Source: an uncultured virus (IMG/VR IMGVR_UViG_3300035188_001352)
Taxonomy: Duplodnaviria > Heunggongvirae > Uroviricota > Caudoviricetes
IMG/VR virus record: IMGVR_UViG_3300035188_001352
Location: 62,001 to 118,937 of that record
Strand: one strand, 5' to 3'
DNA length: 56,937 bases
The notes below the pieces were generated by a model. The model had not been told where the DNA came from, did not search any database, and saw only the letters and a list, made by a program, of their open reading frames with translations. Made by a program: the position numbers and the translations under genes. Shown piece after piece: positions 38,429 through 48,824 of the stretch. The number at the start of each line of letters is the position of its first letter. Position 1 is the stretch's first letter.

Positions 38429-39976
38429 ATGATTGAATGTCCAATATGTAACCGAAAGCTATCTAAAATTGATAAGCAACATCTAAAAGCTCATGGTTTT
38501 TCTAAAGAAGAATACTTTGAACAGTTTGGAAATGATGCTCCATTTGGATATTCACCAGAGCTAAAAGCAAAAAAGTCTGGTGACAATCATCCCCTAAAAG
38601 GTAAAGGTCATTCAGAAGAAACTAAAACTAAAGCTAAACTTGTTGAAACTACAAAAAAACTTTGGCAAGAAGGTAGGGTTTCTGATAAACAAAAGAATGG
38701 TATTGGACAACGATCTAAAGAAGCTGCAGAAAATGGAGAGCATTTCAATACTGGTAGAACTCATGAACGTTCAGATGAATATCGTGAAAAACTGAGTATT
38801 GCGCTAAATGAATATTATCATAACAATCCAAAACCTCCACTTTCTGATGAAAGAATGGAGTTTCAAATACCTCACCTAGAAAAAATTGCTAAGCGAAGGA
38901 AAGAAGAAACCGCTAAAAAACTAGAAACTAATCTTCAAATTGAATGGGGTGAAGTTTTAGAAAATAGTGAACATTTCATATCAGGCAATTTTAGATTTAG
39001 TATCAAATGCAGTACATGTAATAACGTTTCGAATGTTGCATTAGTTACTTTGAAAAAGCATCAATTTGCTAATACTTTATGTCATACTTGCTTCCCTCCT
39101 CTAAAAGGAGAAAGTAAAGCTGAAGTAGAATTGGCTGACTTTGTGTCTCAATATGTTGAAATTGTTAGACATAATAAAAGTATTCTTCCGAATAACTTAG
39201 AACTTGACATTTATATTCCAAGCAAAAACATTGCTATCGAATATCATGGCTTATATTGGCATTCAAGTAAAGCTGGTTATGATAGGTATAAGCATCGGAA
39301 AAAATATGAATTATGTAAAGAACGTGGAATTAGATTAGTTCAAATTTTTGAAGATGAATGGTTGTCAAAAAAAGATTTAGTAAAAAATAAAATCATCAAC
39401 ATTATTGGTTGTAATGTTTCAACGAAACTTTTTGCACGTAAATTACAAGCTAAAATTATTTCATCAAATGAAGCTACGTTATTTCTAAATCAATATCATA
39501 TTCAAGGTTCAGCAAAATCTAAAGTGCAAATTGGATTATTCACTGGTATTGATTTAGTAGCAGTAATGACATTTTGCAGACCTCGAATAATGATGAACCA
39601 AATTGATGATGGTAATACGTGGGAGTTATTACGTTATGCAACTCATAGTGATTATCAGATTATTGGTGGTGCAGGGAAATTATTATCATGTTTTATAAAA
39701 AATAATCCAACAAAGAAAATTATTTCTTGGGCAGATTTGCGATGGACTGATTATAATAAAAATGTATATCAAACCTTGGGCTTTTCATTAGTAGGTGAAA
39801 CTAAGATTGGCGTATTCTTTACTAACTTTACTGAAAGAAAACATCGATGGGGATTTAGAAGACCTGCTCATTTAGGACATGATATTATCACTAAAGATTA
39901 TTGGGACTCACTAGGATGGTATTCTATTTCGGATGCAGGACAACTAAAATATCAATTAGAACTGTCAGATGGGTAA
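38429..39976 (+). CDS. Hef-like free-standing homing endonuclease
   Basis: Zn finger and NUMOD-like repeats; ELDIYIP..AIEYHGLYWHS..IFEDEW; C-terminal WELLRYA..GGAGKLL..DAGQ. Confidence 0.8.
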   Translation: MIECPICNRKLSKIDKQHLKAHGFSKEEYFEQFGNDAPFGYSPELKAKKSGDNHPLKGKGHSEETKTKAKLVETTKKLWQEGRVSDKQKNGIGQRSKEAAENGEHFNTGRTHERSDEYREKLSIALNEYYHNNPKPPLSDERMEFQIPHLEKIAKRRKEETAKKLETNLQIEWGEVLENSEHFISGNFRFSIKCSTCNNVSNVALVTLKKHQFANTLCHTCFPPLKGESKAEVELADFVSQYVEIVRHNKSILPNNLELDIYIPSKNIAIEYHGLYWHSSKAGYDRYKHRKKYELCKERGIRLVQIFEDEWLSKKDLVKNKIINIIGCNVSTKLFARKLQAKIISSNEATLFLNQYHIQGSAKSKVQIGLFTGIDLVAVMTFCRPRIMMNQIDDGNTWELLRYATHSDYQIIGGAGKLLSCFIKNNPTKKIISWADLRWTDYNKNVYQTLGFSLVGETKIGVFFTNFTERKHRWGFRRPAHLGHDIITKDYWDSLGWYSISDAGQLKYQLELSDG

Positions 39977-39980
39977 TAAC

Positions 39981-40009
39981 AAAAAACCCGCCATGAAGCG
40001 GGTTTTTTT
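39981..40009. terminator. Bidirectional intrinsic terminator
   Basis: AAAAAACCCGC-CATGAA-GCGGGTTTTTT between convergent genes. Confidence 0.85.
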
Positions 40010-40031
40010 ACTTTCGTATTTCTAATTTCTA

Positions 40032-41324
40032 TTAGATGAATGAAAGATTTGCAACATTCACACGACCATAGTAATCGGCACTATTGCCCAACGAAGTAGC
40101 AGTATCGGTAAATGTAGCTTTTCCATATCTTGTCATCAAGCTTACTTGTGGGTTGTAAGTTGCAGGGTCAAACAATACGTTTGAGCTCATAAGTGGAACG
40201 TATGGGCAGTAGAAATAACCGGTATCCATTTCGCCGTTTCCACCTTTGTAACCAACCAAGATTGGCTCAGAACCAGTGTCATGATAGATGTAAGTGTAAA
40301 CTTTGATAGAACCGTTTAAAGTACCAATCAATTTGGTGTTGTTAGGACCTTCGAATGAACCGCTTACTGCTGGAGCAAATACTGATTTTGCAGCAGATTG
40401 TAATACTGAAGCAACGATTGGAGATACAACAATCCAGTTAGCTGCATTACGACGAGTTTTGCGAGCAATCTCGTTTGCAACTTTATTGATTAAAGTACCA
40501 AGAACTGCATGACGGTCACCAACATAGTTAGGAACACCAGTGAAAGTACCATTCATGTCGAAAGTTTCAACAGTACCAGCAAGAGCAATCAAGTCATTGA
40601 TGATTTCGTTGTCGATTTCAGAAACGATTTCAGCAGAAAGAGCTGCAGTGATTTCAGCTTCAAGGTCTAAACCATGTTGTGCTGAAAGGTCTTGCATCGC
40701 TTCAACTGTCCATTTAGCTTGTAATTTACGTGAGCCAGCAGTAACAGTTTGTTTCAATACTTCTAATTGCAATTGACGTCCGCCGTACGCTTCGAAGTCA
40801 GCTGTAAGAGCTGCAGTACCAAGAGCCATACCACCAGCATTGATTGCACCAGAATACCAACGTTTAGTTTTGCTGTTGTTACCAAATACTTCAGTAGCAC
40901 CTAAATAAGTACCAGTTACTGGGTCAACTAAACCAGCACCGATGATGTCTTCAGGACCAGCACCTGGTGTTAAGTTCACAGCAGAAATAGTTCCATCTGG
41001 ATTAGTAACATAACTAACAGTTGGAACATCAGTATTTTGAGAGAAAAGGAAACGTAATGAGTACGCTAAAGATACTGGACCTGACATTGGTTGGATACCA
41101 ACAAGTTCAGTAGCGATAGTGCCAGGGATAATACGACGAATCATTGGGATAATGATTTTTTGGAAATTACCAATTGCGCCTGCAGCGTTAACACCAGCAG
41201 CAGCAGTTTCCATCAACTGTTGTTTAGTGTTTTCCATAATACGGCCCATGTAGGCTTTTTTATGAGCAGGTAATTCAGTTAGTAAAGCTTCTTTGGTTTG
41301 TGACCAATTTTCAAAAAGTTCCAT
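40032..41324 (-). CDS. Major capsid protein (T4 gp23-like)
   Basis: VGIQPMSGP, SRKLQAKWTVEAMQDL..HGLD, FYCPYVPL, MTRYG. Confidence 0.97.
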   Translation of the reverse strand: MELFENWSQTKEALLTELPAHKKAYMGRIMENTKQQLMETAAAGVNAAGAIGNFQKIIIPMIRRIIPGTIATELVGIQPMSGPVSLAYSLRFLFSQNTDVPTVSYVTNPDGTISAVNLTPGAGPEDIIGAGLVDPVTGTYLGATEVFGNNSKTKRWYSGAINAGGMALGTAALTADFEAYGGRQLQLEVLKQTVTAGSRKLQAKWTVEAMQDLSAQHGLDLEAEITAALSAEIVSEIDNEIINDLIALAGTVETFDMNGTFTGVPNYVGDRHAVLGTLINKVANEIARKTRRNAANWIVVSPIVASVLQSAAKSVFAPAVSGSFEGPNNTKLIGTLNGSIKVYTYIYHDTGSEPILVGYKGGNGEMDTGYFYCPYVPLMSSNVLFDPATYNPQVSLMTRYGKATFTDTATSLGNSADYYGRVNVANLSFI

Positions 41325-41362
41325 ATAGTTAACTCCTATTCAGATATATTAAGATTTTATTT

Positions 41363-42295
41363 TTAAGATGTTATGCCGGCAATTCTTTTTAAGAACGCTA
41401 AATCAGCAATAGATTTTTGTTGTTGTTCAGAAATGATTGGCTGTTTAGTTTCATCATCACCAGTTGCAAGAACGACTGCGTCTTCTAAAGCTTTGTCTTC
41501 AGAAATAACTTTGTCTTTTGCGACAGTAGCGGATGATTTAGGTGCAGCAGCTTCTTCTTTCAAAATACGACCGATGAAGTAACCATAAGCTTCTTCTAAT
41601 TTTTCAGTTTCAACGTTTTGTAAAACAAAACTCATTTGCTCACGTTTTGAACCAGAAAGTGGTCTTAACACGTCTTGCATTTTAGCTTCGCGAACTAATT
41701 GTGCTTTTTCAGTTTCAACTTCTTGCATACGTTTTTCAGCATCAGCCAATTTACTTTCTGCAATACTTAATTGTGATTGAATAGAAGTTTCATCAACATA
41801 TGATTTTGAATATTCGGTTACGAACGCTTCAAATACACGTTTACCGAAGTCATTTTGTTTTACAACTTCTAAATCTTCTTTCATTTCTTCAAATTCTTCT
41901 GAAAGTCTAACTTCCAAGAAAGAATCCAATTTATCAACTAAAGACTCGATTTCAGACTCAACTTCTTCTGCTAATCTTTTCTTTTCTTCAACTAGTTTAC
42001 CAGCGAACTCAGCTTCCAAATCGCGAAAACGTTCGATATCGCTTTTCAATTCGATGTATGATTGTTTTAGTTGTTCAGTAACAAATGCATCAACCTTATC
42101 GACTAATGCTTCACGAGCAACAACAAATTGTTCAGCTAACTCTGCGCGAACTTCCAAAGATACTTCTTCTCTAATTTCTGCACGCTTAGCTTCAACAGCT
42201 TCAGCCCATGCTTCTGAGATTTCGGTTTTTGTGTCTTCGCTAAGTAGGTCTGTTTCTAACAACTTTTGTAAAATTTCATCCATATTTACCTCCAA
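41363..42295 (-). CDS. Prohead core scaffold (gp22-like)
   Basis: Acidic coiled coil upstream of capsid; NDFGKRVFEAF; C-terminal LKRIAGI. Confidence 0.85.
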   Translation of the reverse strand: MEVNMDEILQKLLETDLLSEDTKTEISEAWAEAVEAKRAEIREEVSLEVRAELAEQFVVAREALVDKVDAFVTEQLKQSYIELKSDIERFRDLEAEFAGKLVEEKKRLAEEVESEIESLVDKLDSFLEVRLSEEFEEMKEDLEVVKQNDFGKRVFEAFVTEYSKSYVDETSIQSQLSIAESKLADAEKRMQEVETEKAQLVREAKMQDVLRPLSGSKREQMSFVLQNVETEKLEEAYGYFIGRILKEEAAAPKSSATVAKDKVISEDKALEDAVVLATGDDETKQPIISEQQQKSIADLAFLKRIAGITS

Positions 42296-42370
42296 AGATA
42301 TATTGATTATCTAAAACCCTAATTCAAGGGTGCTAACTTTATTTATAGTAGTTACCTATAAATTTGATTT

Positions 42371-42550
42371 TTACTCGTCATTATCTTCTTCAGAAGAAAT
42401 AGAATCTTCGCCTGAAGGTTTTGATTGAATGCCGGCTATCTCTTTCATTTTAGTGGTAAAAACTGGATGTAAATCCATTTCTGCTTGAGTTGTATTATCT
42501 TTAATTAAGCTTTGAATGAAGTTTCTTATTGAATCTTTCGTTTCTGACAT
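42371..42550 (-). CDS. Small acidic prohead-core-like protein (59 aa, not in ORF track)
   Basis: Hand translation MSETKDSIRNFIQSLIKDN..KMKEIAGI..EEDNDE; GGAG RBS. Confidence 0.6.
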   Translation of the reverse strand: MSETKDSIRNFIQSLIKDNTTQAEMDLHPVFTTKMKEIAGIQSKPSGEDSISSEEDNDE

Positions 42551-42571
42551 ATGTGTATCTCCTAAGTTTTA

Positions 42572-43303
42572 TTACGTTTTTGAATATGATGAAATGACTT
42601 TCCATCCTTTACTTTTACCCCTAGTTACAGGAAGAGTGTTTTGAACTTGAGCTTTATATCTAAAAATTGAATATGCTAAATCAAGTTCTTGACAAAAGAG
42701 CGTTATGTCTCCGGTCTCAATCACTTCTCCGATTGGATTTTCTAATATCCAATTTTTTGCATTATGATTATTTGCTCCTTTCATTTTTATTTTCATAAAT
42801 TCAGAATGTGTTCTACATCTTTCAGAGTTTTCTTTATTTTCTTTAGACATTCTTTCTGAATTTTTTCTATGATGTTCTGTATTAAATTTATTTTTACCAA
42901 GCAGTTTATTACTAATTCGCTGTAGATACTCAAAATCTTCTTTTGTCCTTCCCGATTTGGTTTGTGCCATTCTATCAGTCATTTCTTTTCGTTTTTCGTC
43001 AGAAATACATTGAGCTACACCTAACCCTCCTTGTCCGCCAATAGCAATATTATAAGTATCTTCTCGCATAATCATTTCGGCATTTACAATTTTTGTCTCT
43101 AACTCGTTCATTTCTTCTTCTGAGGAACAAAAATGTAATATTTCTCTAACAAAATTATTTCTGCCATATTTGGCAATAGCGGTTTTTAGAAGTTTTCCAC
43201 TACCTAAATAATTATCGTTAAGATTGTTTGTTTTATGTTTTCCTATATAAAATTTATTATTCACTATACATATAGTTCTATAAATTAGATAAAACGAATA
43301 CAT
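42572..43303 (-). CDS. GIY-YIG (Seg-like) homing endonuclease
   Basis: LIYRT-x-x-x-VNNKFYIGKH, YLGSG, YNIAIGG. Confidence 0.9.
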   Translation of the reverse strand: MYSFYLIYRTICIVNNKFYIGKHKTNNLNDNYLGSGKLLKTAIAKYGRNNFVREILHFCSSEEEMNELETKIVNAEMIMREDTYNIAIGGQGGLGVAQCISDEKRKEMTDRMAQTKSGRTKEDFEYLQRISNKLLGKNKFNTEHHRKNSERMSKENKENSERCRTHSEFMKIKMKGANNHNAKNWILENPIGEVIETGDITLFCQELDLAYSIFRYKAQVQNTLPVTRGKSKGWKVISSYSKT

Positions 43304-43351
43304 AAATCTCCTACTACAATTATTATAAAAATCTATTTACATTATTAGATT

Positions 43352-43651
43352 TTATTTATTAGTAATAATATAATTAGCTAAAGCTTTCCAATTACCACTA
43401 AAACCGTATTTCTTTAATACTTCTTCATCTGCTTCTCTATACAATAAAGCTGCTAAATCTTCAACATCAGCTGAAGATTTATGTTTTTTACTAACTAAAT
43501 CATCATACTCATCTTGAATTGATAAATCACTAGGCATCCATTTATCAATCTTGTAAAGTATTGTGTGAAAGTCGTCTTCATTCAGAATTGCCATTGCTTT
43601 ATCAATGTCTTTGATGCCAGCAATTTCAAATAGTTGTTGAAGAGTTTTCAC
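43352..43651 (-). CDS. Putative internal head protein
   Basis: LQQLFEIAGIKDID..LNE leader. Confidence 0.6.
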   Translation of the reverse strand: MKTLQQLFEIAGIKDIDKAMAILNEDDFHTILYKIDKWMPSDLSIQDEYDDLVSKKHKSSADVEDLAALLYREADEEVLKKYGFSGNWKALANYIITNK

Positions 43652-43655
43652 TATC

Positions 43656-44033
43656 TTAGTCCTTTAAGCTATGTACATGTAAATTTAAGGATTGAACGCC
43701 GTCAAACCCGGTTATTTTTTTACAATGAGCCTGAAGTGCCTCACCAAAACGTACTACTTCATGGTAAAATCTTTCAGTTTTAGGAACACCAAGATACTTA
43801 TCAAAATCGTTTACCATCATATTGAATTGACCAAGAAGAAGCTCTGCTTCTGATATTAAGTCATATGCAATTTTCTTTTCATCTTTTGATTTAAGATCAT
43901 TAAAGAGTTTTCCTTTGATTGCTTTTTCTTTAGTTTCAAAATCTTTTTCATCACTATAAATGCTTTGGCTGAAAGCATTTTCATTGATATTAGTAATTCC
44001 AGCAATTTTCATTAGTTTTTCAAAGTCTTTCAT
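43656..44033 (-). CDS. Putative internal head protein
   Basis: LMKIAGI..INE leader. Confidence 0.6.
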   Translation of the reverse strand: MKDFEKLMKIAGITNINENAFSQSIYSDEKDFETKEKAIKGKLFNDLKSKDEKKIAYDLISEAELLLGQFNMMVNDFDKYLGVPKTERFYHEVVRFGEALQAHCKKITGFDGVQSLNLHVHSLKD

Positions 44034-44074
44034 TTTATAATTCTCCGTATGAAGTGTTCGGGGGTTAAATTTTG

Positions 44075-44677
44075 TTATTCTGCGTACTCGTCTAAATCAC
44101 GCTCAATCATTTCTCGTTGACATGCAATAATGTCTGTGTTATTTTTTAAAACATATTCATTTATTTTTTTTGCTGCTTGTTTTAACGCAGGTATTGCATT
44201 TTCATCAATGATAACAGGGATTCCTTCTTTGACATGACGCAATAAACCACCAACAAACTTATTGTCGTATTGAATTGGCACCTGTATTGTTGTGCCAAAA
44301 GAACCATTGCCTTTAACAAAATTTCGTGATTGACGTAAAACTTCAACTTGTGTCCCGTTAGCAATTAATGGTTCAATTAATTTTCCAAATAATTGTTTTT
44401 CTTTTGAAATTGCTAAATTTTCCGCATCTTCATTGTAATCTACTTGATGTTTACGTGGACCTGGTTCTTCACCTTGAATTGTATAACTAATGTTATATTC
44501 TTTACTATCAGGAGAAGCTATTTTGGTTACTTCATCAATGATTAGCGATTTACTGGTTTTCAATTGTTTTTTGACAAGTTTCTTTTGAATAAAAAACAAT
44601 AGAATATCATTATGCTCAGCAAATCCTAACGATGCTTCTTGTAAAGTTACCTTTTCAAACAGTTCATTAATTTTCAT
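44075..44677 (-). CDS. Putative internal head protein, paralog family
   Basis: MKINELF..LQE leader; C-terminal IIACQREMIERDLDEYAE. Confidence 0.65.
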   Translation of the reverse strand: MKINELFEKVTLQEASLGFAEHNDILLFFIQKKLVKKQLKTSKSLIIDEVTKIASPDSKEYNISYTIQGEEPGPRKHQVDYNEDAENLAISKEKQLFGKLIEPLIANGTQVEVLRQSRNFVKGNGSFGTTIQVPIQYDNKFVGGLLRHVKEGIPVIIDENAIPALKQAAKKINEYVLKNNTDIIACQREMIERDLDEYAE

Positions 44678-45270
44678 TATTCTGCGTACTCGTCTAAGTC
44701 TCTTTCAATTAATGCTCGTTGACATGCAACGATGTCGGTATTTTTTTGAATACAAGAATTGATAATATCAGCCGACATTCTTAATTCACTACTGGCATTT
44801 GGGCCAACTAAAATTGGTTTTTTAGATTTAAGATGATGCAATAAGCCCCCTTTAAAATTATTATCATACTCCCACATATCAATAAAAACTCCTAAAGAGT
44901 TTTTTGATTGTTGCCCATTTTCAGTCCAACTAACAGAAAAACTCATATCAGTTCCGAGAAGTACTTTAATTTGAGAAATTATAGAATTATCTCCATAGGG
45001 ATGCATTAGCGCTTTCTTACTTGGATTATGCCATATAGGCATCTTCTTAAGTCCATTTACATAAATCTGATAATCATTCCATCCACGTTTCCATATATCA
45101 ATATCAGTTATTTCTAATTTCATCATACTACGTGAATCACGTACTGCCATGTTTTCATTATGCATCACTAATGTTTTTCCAATAAGTTTTTCTTTTATAT
45201 AATTTAAAACGTATAGGTCTTTATTAAACTTAGTTGGTGCTGCTTCAGTAAATAGTTCGTTAATTTTCAT
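44677..45270 (-). CDS. Putative internal head protein, paralog family
   Basis: MKINELFTE leader; C-terminal IVACQRALIERDLDEYAE. Confidence 0.65.
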   Translation of the reverse strand: MKINELFTEAAPTKFNKDLYVLNYIKEKLIGKTLVMHNENMAVRDSRSMMKLEITDIDIWKRGWNDYQIYVNGLKKMPIWHNPSKKALMHPYGDNSIISQIKVLLGTDMSFSVSWTENGQQSKNSLGVFIDMWEYDNNFKGGLLHHLKSKKPILVGPNASSELRMSADIINSCIQKNTDIVACQRALIERDLDEYAE

Positions 45271-45896
45271 TATTCTGCGTACTCGTCTAAATTCTTTTCA
45301 ATTAGTTCTCGTTGGCATGCAATGACATTTACGTTATTCTTAATGGCGTCATTGACAATCTTTGCTGCCTCTAATAATTGTTCTGATGCTTTAGCTCCAA
45401 CTATAACCGGAACTTTATCTTTGACATTAGACAATAAACCGCCAACATAATTGCCAGGATATTGAGCTTTTATTTTTACTCCATCAATGCCTATCATCCC
45501 TTGTGATTGATAGTTTTGACTTTCATATCCACCCACTTTACTACCTTTTGGTAAAAAGCTTTTTATCTTCTTGAGCATGCCTTGTTGATATTCTTTATGC
45601 TCTCTTAGCGGATGCCAATCTATAGTTTTATCATAAATGATTAACAATTTCTCAGGGTCACGAAAAGAATTAAATGCAACATTTTTTATAATGACTGCTG
45701 ATGATGGGTCAGATAAAGTAACTCGGGTAAGTTCTTTACCAATAAGTATTATCTGTAACGCATCTCGTAAAGTATCATTCCAGTCTGCCCAACCTGCTGA
45801 TGAAGTTGATGCCTCAGTAATCAAAGACAGAGCTGAGTCAATATCCTTAATACCTGCAATCTCAAACAGCTCTTTCATTGATTTTTCTGATTTCAT
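45270..45896 (-). CDS. Putative internal head protein, paralog family
   Basis: MKELFEIAGIKDID..ITE leader; C-terminal VIACQRELIEKNLDEYAE. Confidence 0.65.
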   Translation of the reverse strand: MKSEKSMKELFEIAGIKDIDSALSLITEASTSSAGWADWNDTLRDALQIILIGKELTRVTLSDPSSAVIIKNVAFNSFRDPEKLLIIYDKTIDWHPLREHKEYQQGMLKKIKSFLPKGSKVGGYESQNYQSQGMIGIDGVKIKAQYPGNYVGGLLSNVKDKVPVIVGAKASEQLLEAAKIVNDAIKNNVNVIACQRELIEKNLDEYAE

Positions 45897-45902
45897 TTTG
45901 AC

Positions 45903-46379
45903 TTACTCCGGTTTTCCTGCTACAAAAAATGTCATGATATTTCCAACTGTTCCATTGCCTTCCCAAGTATCACCCTTAATATACCCGCCTTTTGGTTGAG
46001 TTATAAGATATCCTTCATTACGTAAAGAATTGTAGAACTTATCTAGTATTTTGTTAAATGCTTCATAAGAATTGTGAATGTTATGCAAATCATTTGCTTT
46101 TGTAATAACTGGTATTCTAAATCTAGCAACAGGTGTTTTTCCATCAAGAAAATCTTTATCTACAATTAGCTTATACATTTTATTCGACAGGTTTTCAGTT
46201 TCGCTGGTTCTAAGCGAACCAAAATCTTTTTCAAATGCTGCACTTATTTTATCGGCAATTTGTTTTGTAGTAAGGTCGACTTCTCGTAGATTAACTTCGG
46301 TAATCAAAGATAGAGCTTTATCAATATCTTTAATACCAGCAATTTCAAACAATTCTTTCATTGATTTTTCTGGTTTCAT
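45903..46379 (-). CDS. Putative internal head protein
   Basis: N-terminal ~28 aa nearly identical to 45270..45896. Confidence 0.65.
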   Translation of the reverse strand: MKPEKSMKELFEIAGIKDIDKALSLITEVNLREVDLTTKQIADKISAAFEKDFGSLRTSETENLSNKMYKLIVDKDFLDGKTPVARFRIPVITKANDLHNIHNSYEAFNKILDKFYNSLRNEGYLITQPKGGYIKGDTWEGNGTVGNIMTFFVAGKPE

Positions 46380-46400
46380 TTTTATTTTCTCCCTGGTTCT

Positions 46401-47021
46401 TTATTTTTTTGTAACTATTGATAGTAAGAATTTTTTGATTTCTTTTTCTAAATGCTTTTGAGCACTTTTGTCTTCTACCACAATTTCAGCTAAGGTTACT
46501 ATCTTTTGATTTTCTAAGCTTTCACGAACAAGGTTAGGGCGAGCATCAGGAGCTGAAGGATTATCAACGATATCAACAGTCACAAAGCTAAAGCCAGATA
46601 CTTTACCGTCAGCACCGACTGAACCTGTACCACGAGAAGAAACACCAAGTCTAACACCACCTTCAAGAATCGCTTTTGCAATTTGACCAGATGGAGTATT
46701 CAAAAGTTTCATTTTACCAACTACGTTTGAACCATCCATTCTCATTTCAGTAATAGCATGAGATACGTTGGCAAGGTTGATAGCGATATTGTTAGGGTGG
46801 GTCAGCTCACCCATGATTAGCTGACCGCTTGCAATCTTTTTAGAGTTTTCTTCAACAACTTTCAACATTTCTGCTAATTGATACTCGCGGCCATTTCCAT
46901 TGATAACGCCTGCTTGCATCATAATGCCAGAAAGATAATAGTTTTTGCCATCATCAATGCTTTCAATTAAGTTAGCTTGATCAGGAGTTAGGTCTTCAGT
47001 AAGTAATATTTGTTGTGACAT
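46401..47021 (-). CDS. Prohead protease (gp21-like)
   Basis: GELTHP, VSHAI, TPSGQI, LGVSSRGTGSV, DIVDNPSAPDA. Confidence 0.95.
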   Translation of the reverse strand: MSQQILLTEDLTPDQANLIESIDDGKNYYLSGIMMQAGVINGNGREYQLAEMLKVVEENSKKIASGQLIMGELTHPNNIAINLANVSHAITEMRMDGSNVVGKMKLLNTPSGQIAKAILEGGVRLGVSSRGTGSVGADGKVSGFSFVTVDIVDNPSAPDARPNLVRESLENQKIVTLAEIVVEDKSAQKHLEKEIKKFLLSIVTKK

Positions 47022-47086
47022 GATATTGTCTCTCCATGTATTTGTAGATTTTTAAGTGATTATCTATTTAGGATAATCTTTGATTT

Positions 47087-48811
47087 TTATAGACCTAAAT
47101 TGTCCATGCCACCACCGGCTCCTGGTGCTCCAAGTCCCATGTCGTCAGCTCCACCACCAAGACCACCACCTAAATCACCACCAAGACCACCACCTAAATC
47201 ATCACCTGGAGGAGGGCTTCCTCCTCCCATGTCCATACCTAACTCATCTCCGCCTCCGCCTCCACCAGCCGGAGCTTCATCTGACTCGATATGTTTAGGT
47301 TTGATTTTCGCGGCTTGTCTAGCTTCCATTTGAACTGGGTCATAGATTTGACGTAAATCAGAAACATTAGCATCTTCATCAATCTCAAGTTCTTGTTTGA
47401 GCATTTTCTCATTCATTTGCAAGTCATCTTCAGTTAAGCCTAAGTAACGTTTTAGTTTCCATCTCATTGACAACTGTTTGACATCTTCAATCGATTTGAA
47501 TGCATTGATTAAGTCTGAGTCAAGAGCATTTTGACGGTAGATACCAAAGTTTTGTGGTTCAGGTAATCTAAGAAGGAATAACCAATCTTCGACATTGATA
47601 CCAATCGTTTTGAGATAGAGTTTGAACTGTTCGTCCATCACACATTCAATCTTGTTCTGTAATCGACGGATGTAGTTGGCAAATCGTAACTCGTCAAGAA
47701 GTGCAACACCTAACTTACCGTCATTGTATTGTTGAGGTTGTGCATCTGCTCCACCTAAGTAAGAGGTTGGAACACGTAAGCCTTTGTAAAGCTTTTCACG
47801 GAAGTATTTCAACTCATTCAATTCACCCAAGTTTTCGCCACCTGGCAATACTTCTACACGAGAAGAACGACCTGAGGCAGTCACTGGAAAGTAATAGTCT
47901 TCAGAGATACTGTTAGGATTATAAGTTCCGTCGATGACGTCTTGATTGTTGGTTGTGTTAGGCATTCTCTTTTGACGTATCTCATTCTTGATGTTCTCAA
48001 GATATTGCTTAACACGTTGTTGAGGCATATTACCAACGTCAACATAGAAGACTCGACGTTCAGGTGCCCTAACAAGACGGTAGATGATGACAGAGTCTTC
48101 TAACATTGAAAGCTGTTTGAAGGTTCTAAAGATTGGTTGAAGAACACTTTCGCCGAATGGAGCACTTTCACCCATGTCATCAGACAGGGTAAAGTGGATA
48201 ATCCCTGCAGCAGGTACGACCTCTACATCAGTCACCTTACCTGCATATCCAACCATTCCACCACCATCGCCTTTTAGTTGGTATGCAACTCGGTCACCAT
48301 TTTCGTCAAGATAGATACCCAATACTTTAGATGGGTCAAGGTATTCCCACTTTTTAGTATCAGCCGACTTCTTGAAGAAGCAGTCGCCATACTTTGACAT
48401 AATGCGACCAATGCGGAAGATGCGATTGCTAAAGTCTTGAACGCGAGACCATTGTCTAAGAGCCGCACGAATAGTAGTAACGGTATTTTCCGATACTTCC
48501 TGGTCATCTTCAGTTTGATACTCTATTTCGAATGGAAGATTGGTGGTTTCGTCGTCATTTGATATTTCTTCAGCGATAATATCAAGAGCACGAGAGATGT
48601 CAATATCATTATCCATGCTATCATACTGAATGTATCGTTGCATACGAGTTCCAGCGCCTTTCATTACTTGAGTTAGAAAAGCAACAGACGATGCAGCGTT
48701 TGAGAACCCGTTAGGTCCATTCATATTAGTCGAGTCAGCATGCAATTGAGTATATTGCTTCTGACTCGATACTGGAGTGATTATTCTGAAGTAACTTTGT
48801 AAAGTTGCCAT
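47087..48811 (-). CDS. Portal protein (gp20-like)
   Basis: LEDSVIIYRLVRAPERRVFYVDVGNMP, EDYYFP, LPGGENLG. Confidence 0.97.
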   Translation of the reverse strand: MATLQSYFRIITPVSSQKQYTQLHADSTNMNGPNGFSNAASSVAFLTQVMKGAGTRMQRYIQYDSMDNDIDISRALDIIAEEISNDDETTNLPFEIEYQTEDDQEVSENTVTTIRAALRQWSRVQDFSNRIFRIGRIMSKYGDCFFKKSADTKKWEYLDPSKVLGIYLDENGDRVAYQLKGDGGGMVGYAGKVTDVEVVPAAGIIHFTLSDDMGESAPFGESVLQPIFRTFKQLSMLEDSVIIYRLVRAPERRVFYVDVGNMPQQRVKQYLENIKNEIRQKRMPNTTNNQDVIDGTYNPNSISEDYYFPVTASGRSSRVEVLPGGENLGELNELKYFREKLYKGLRVPTSYLGGADAQPQQYNDGKLGVALLDELRFANYIRRLQNKIECVMDEQFKLYLKTIGINVEDWLFLLRLPEPQNFGIYRQNALDSDLINAFKSIEDVKQLSMRWKLKRYLGLTEDDLQMNEKMLKQELEIDEDANVSDLRQIYDPVQMEARQAAKIKPKHIESDEAPAGGGGGGDELGMDMGGGSPPPGDDLGGGLGGDLGGGLGGGADDMGLGAPGAGGGMDNLGL

Positions 48812-48824
48812 TTAGTATTCCGTA

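Noticed and set aside
47100..47333. Pro-rich + strand ORF and 24-bp tandem repeat
   Set aside because: Antisense shadow of the Gly-rich low-complexity portal tail (GGDLGGGL repeats).
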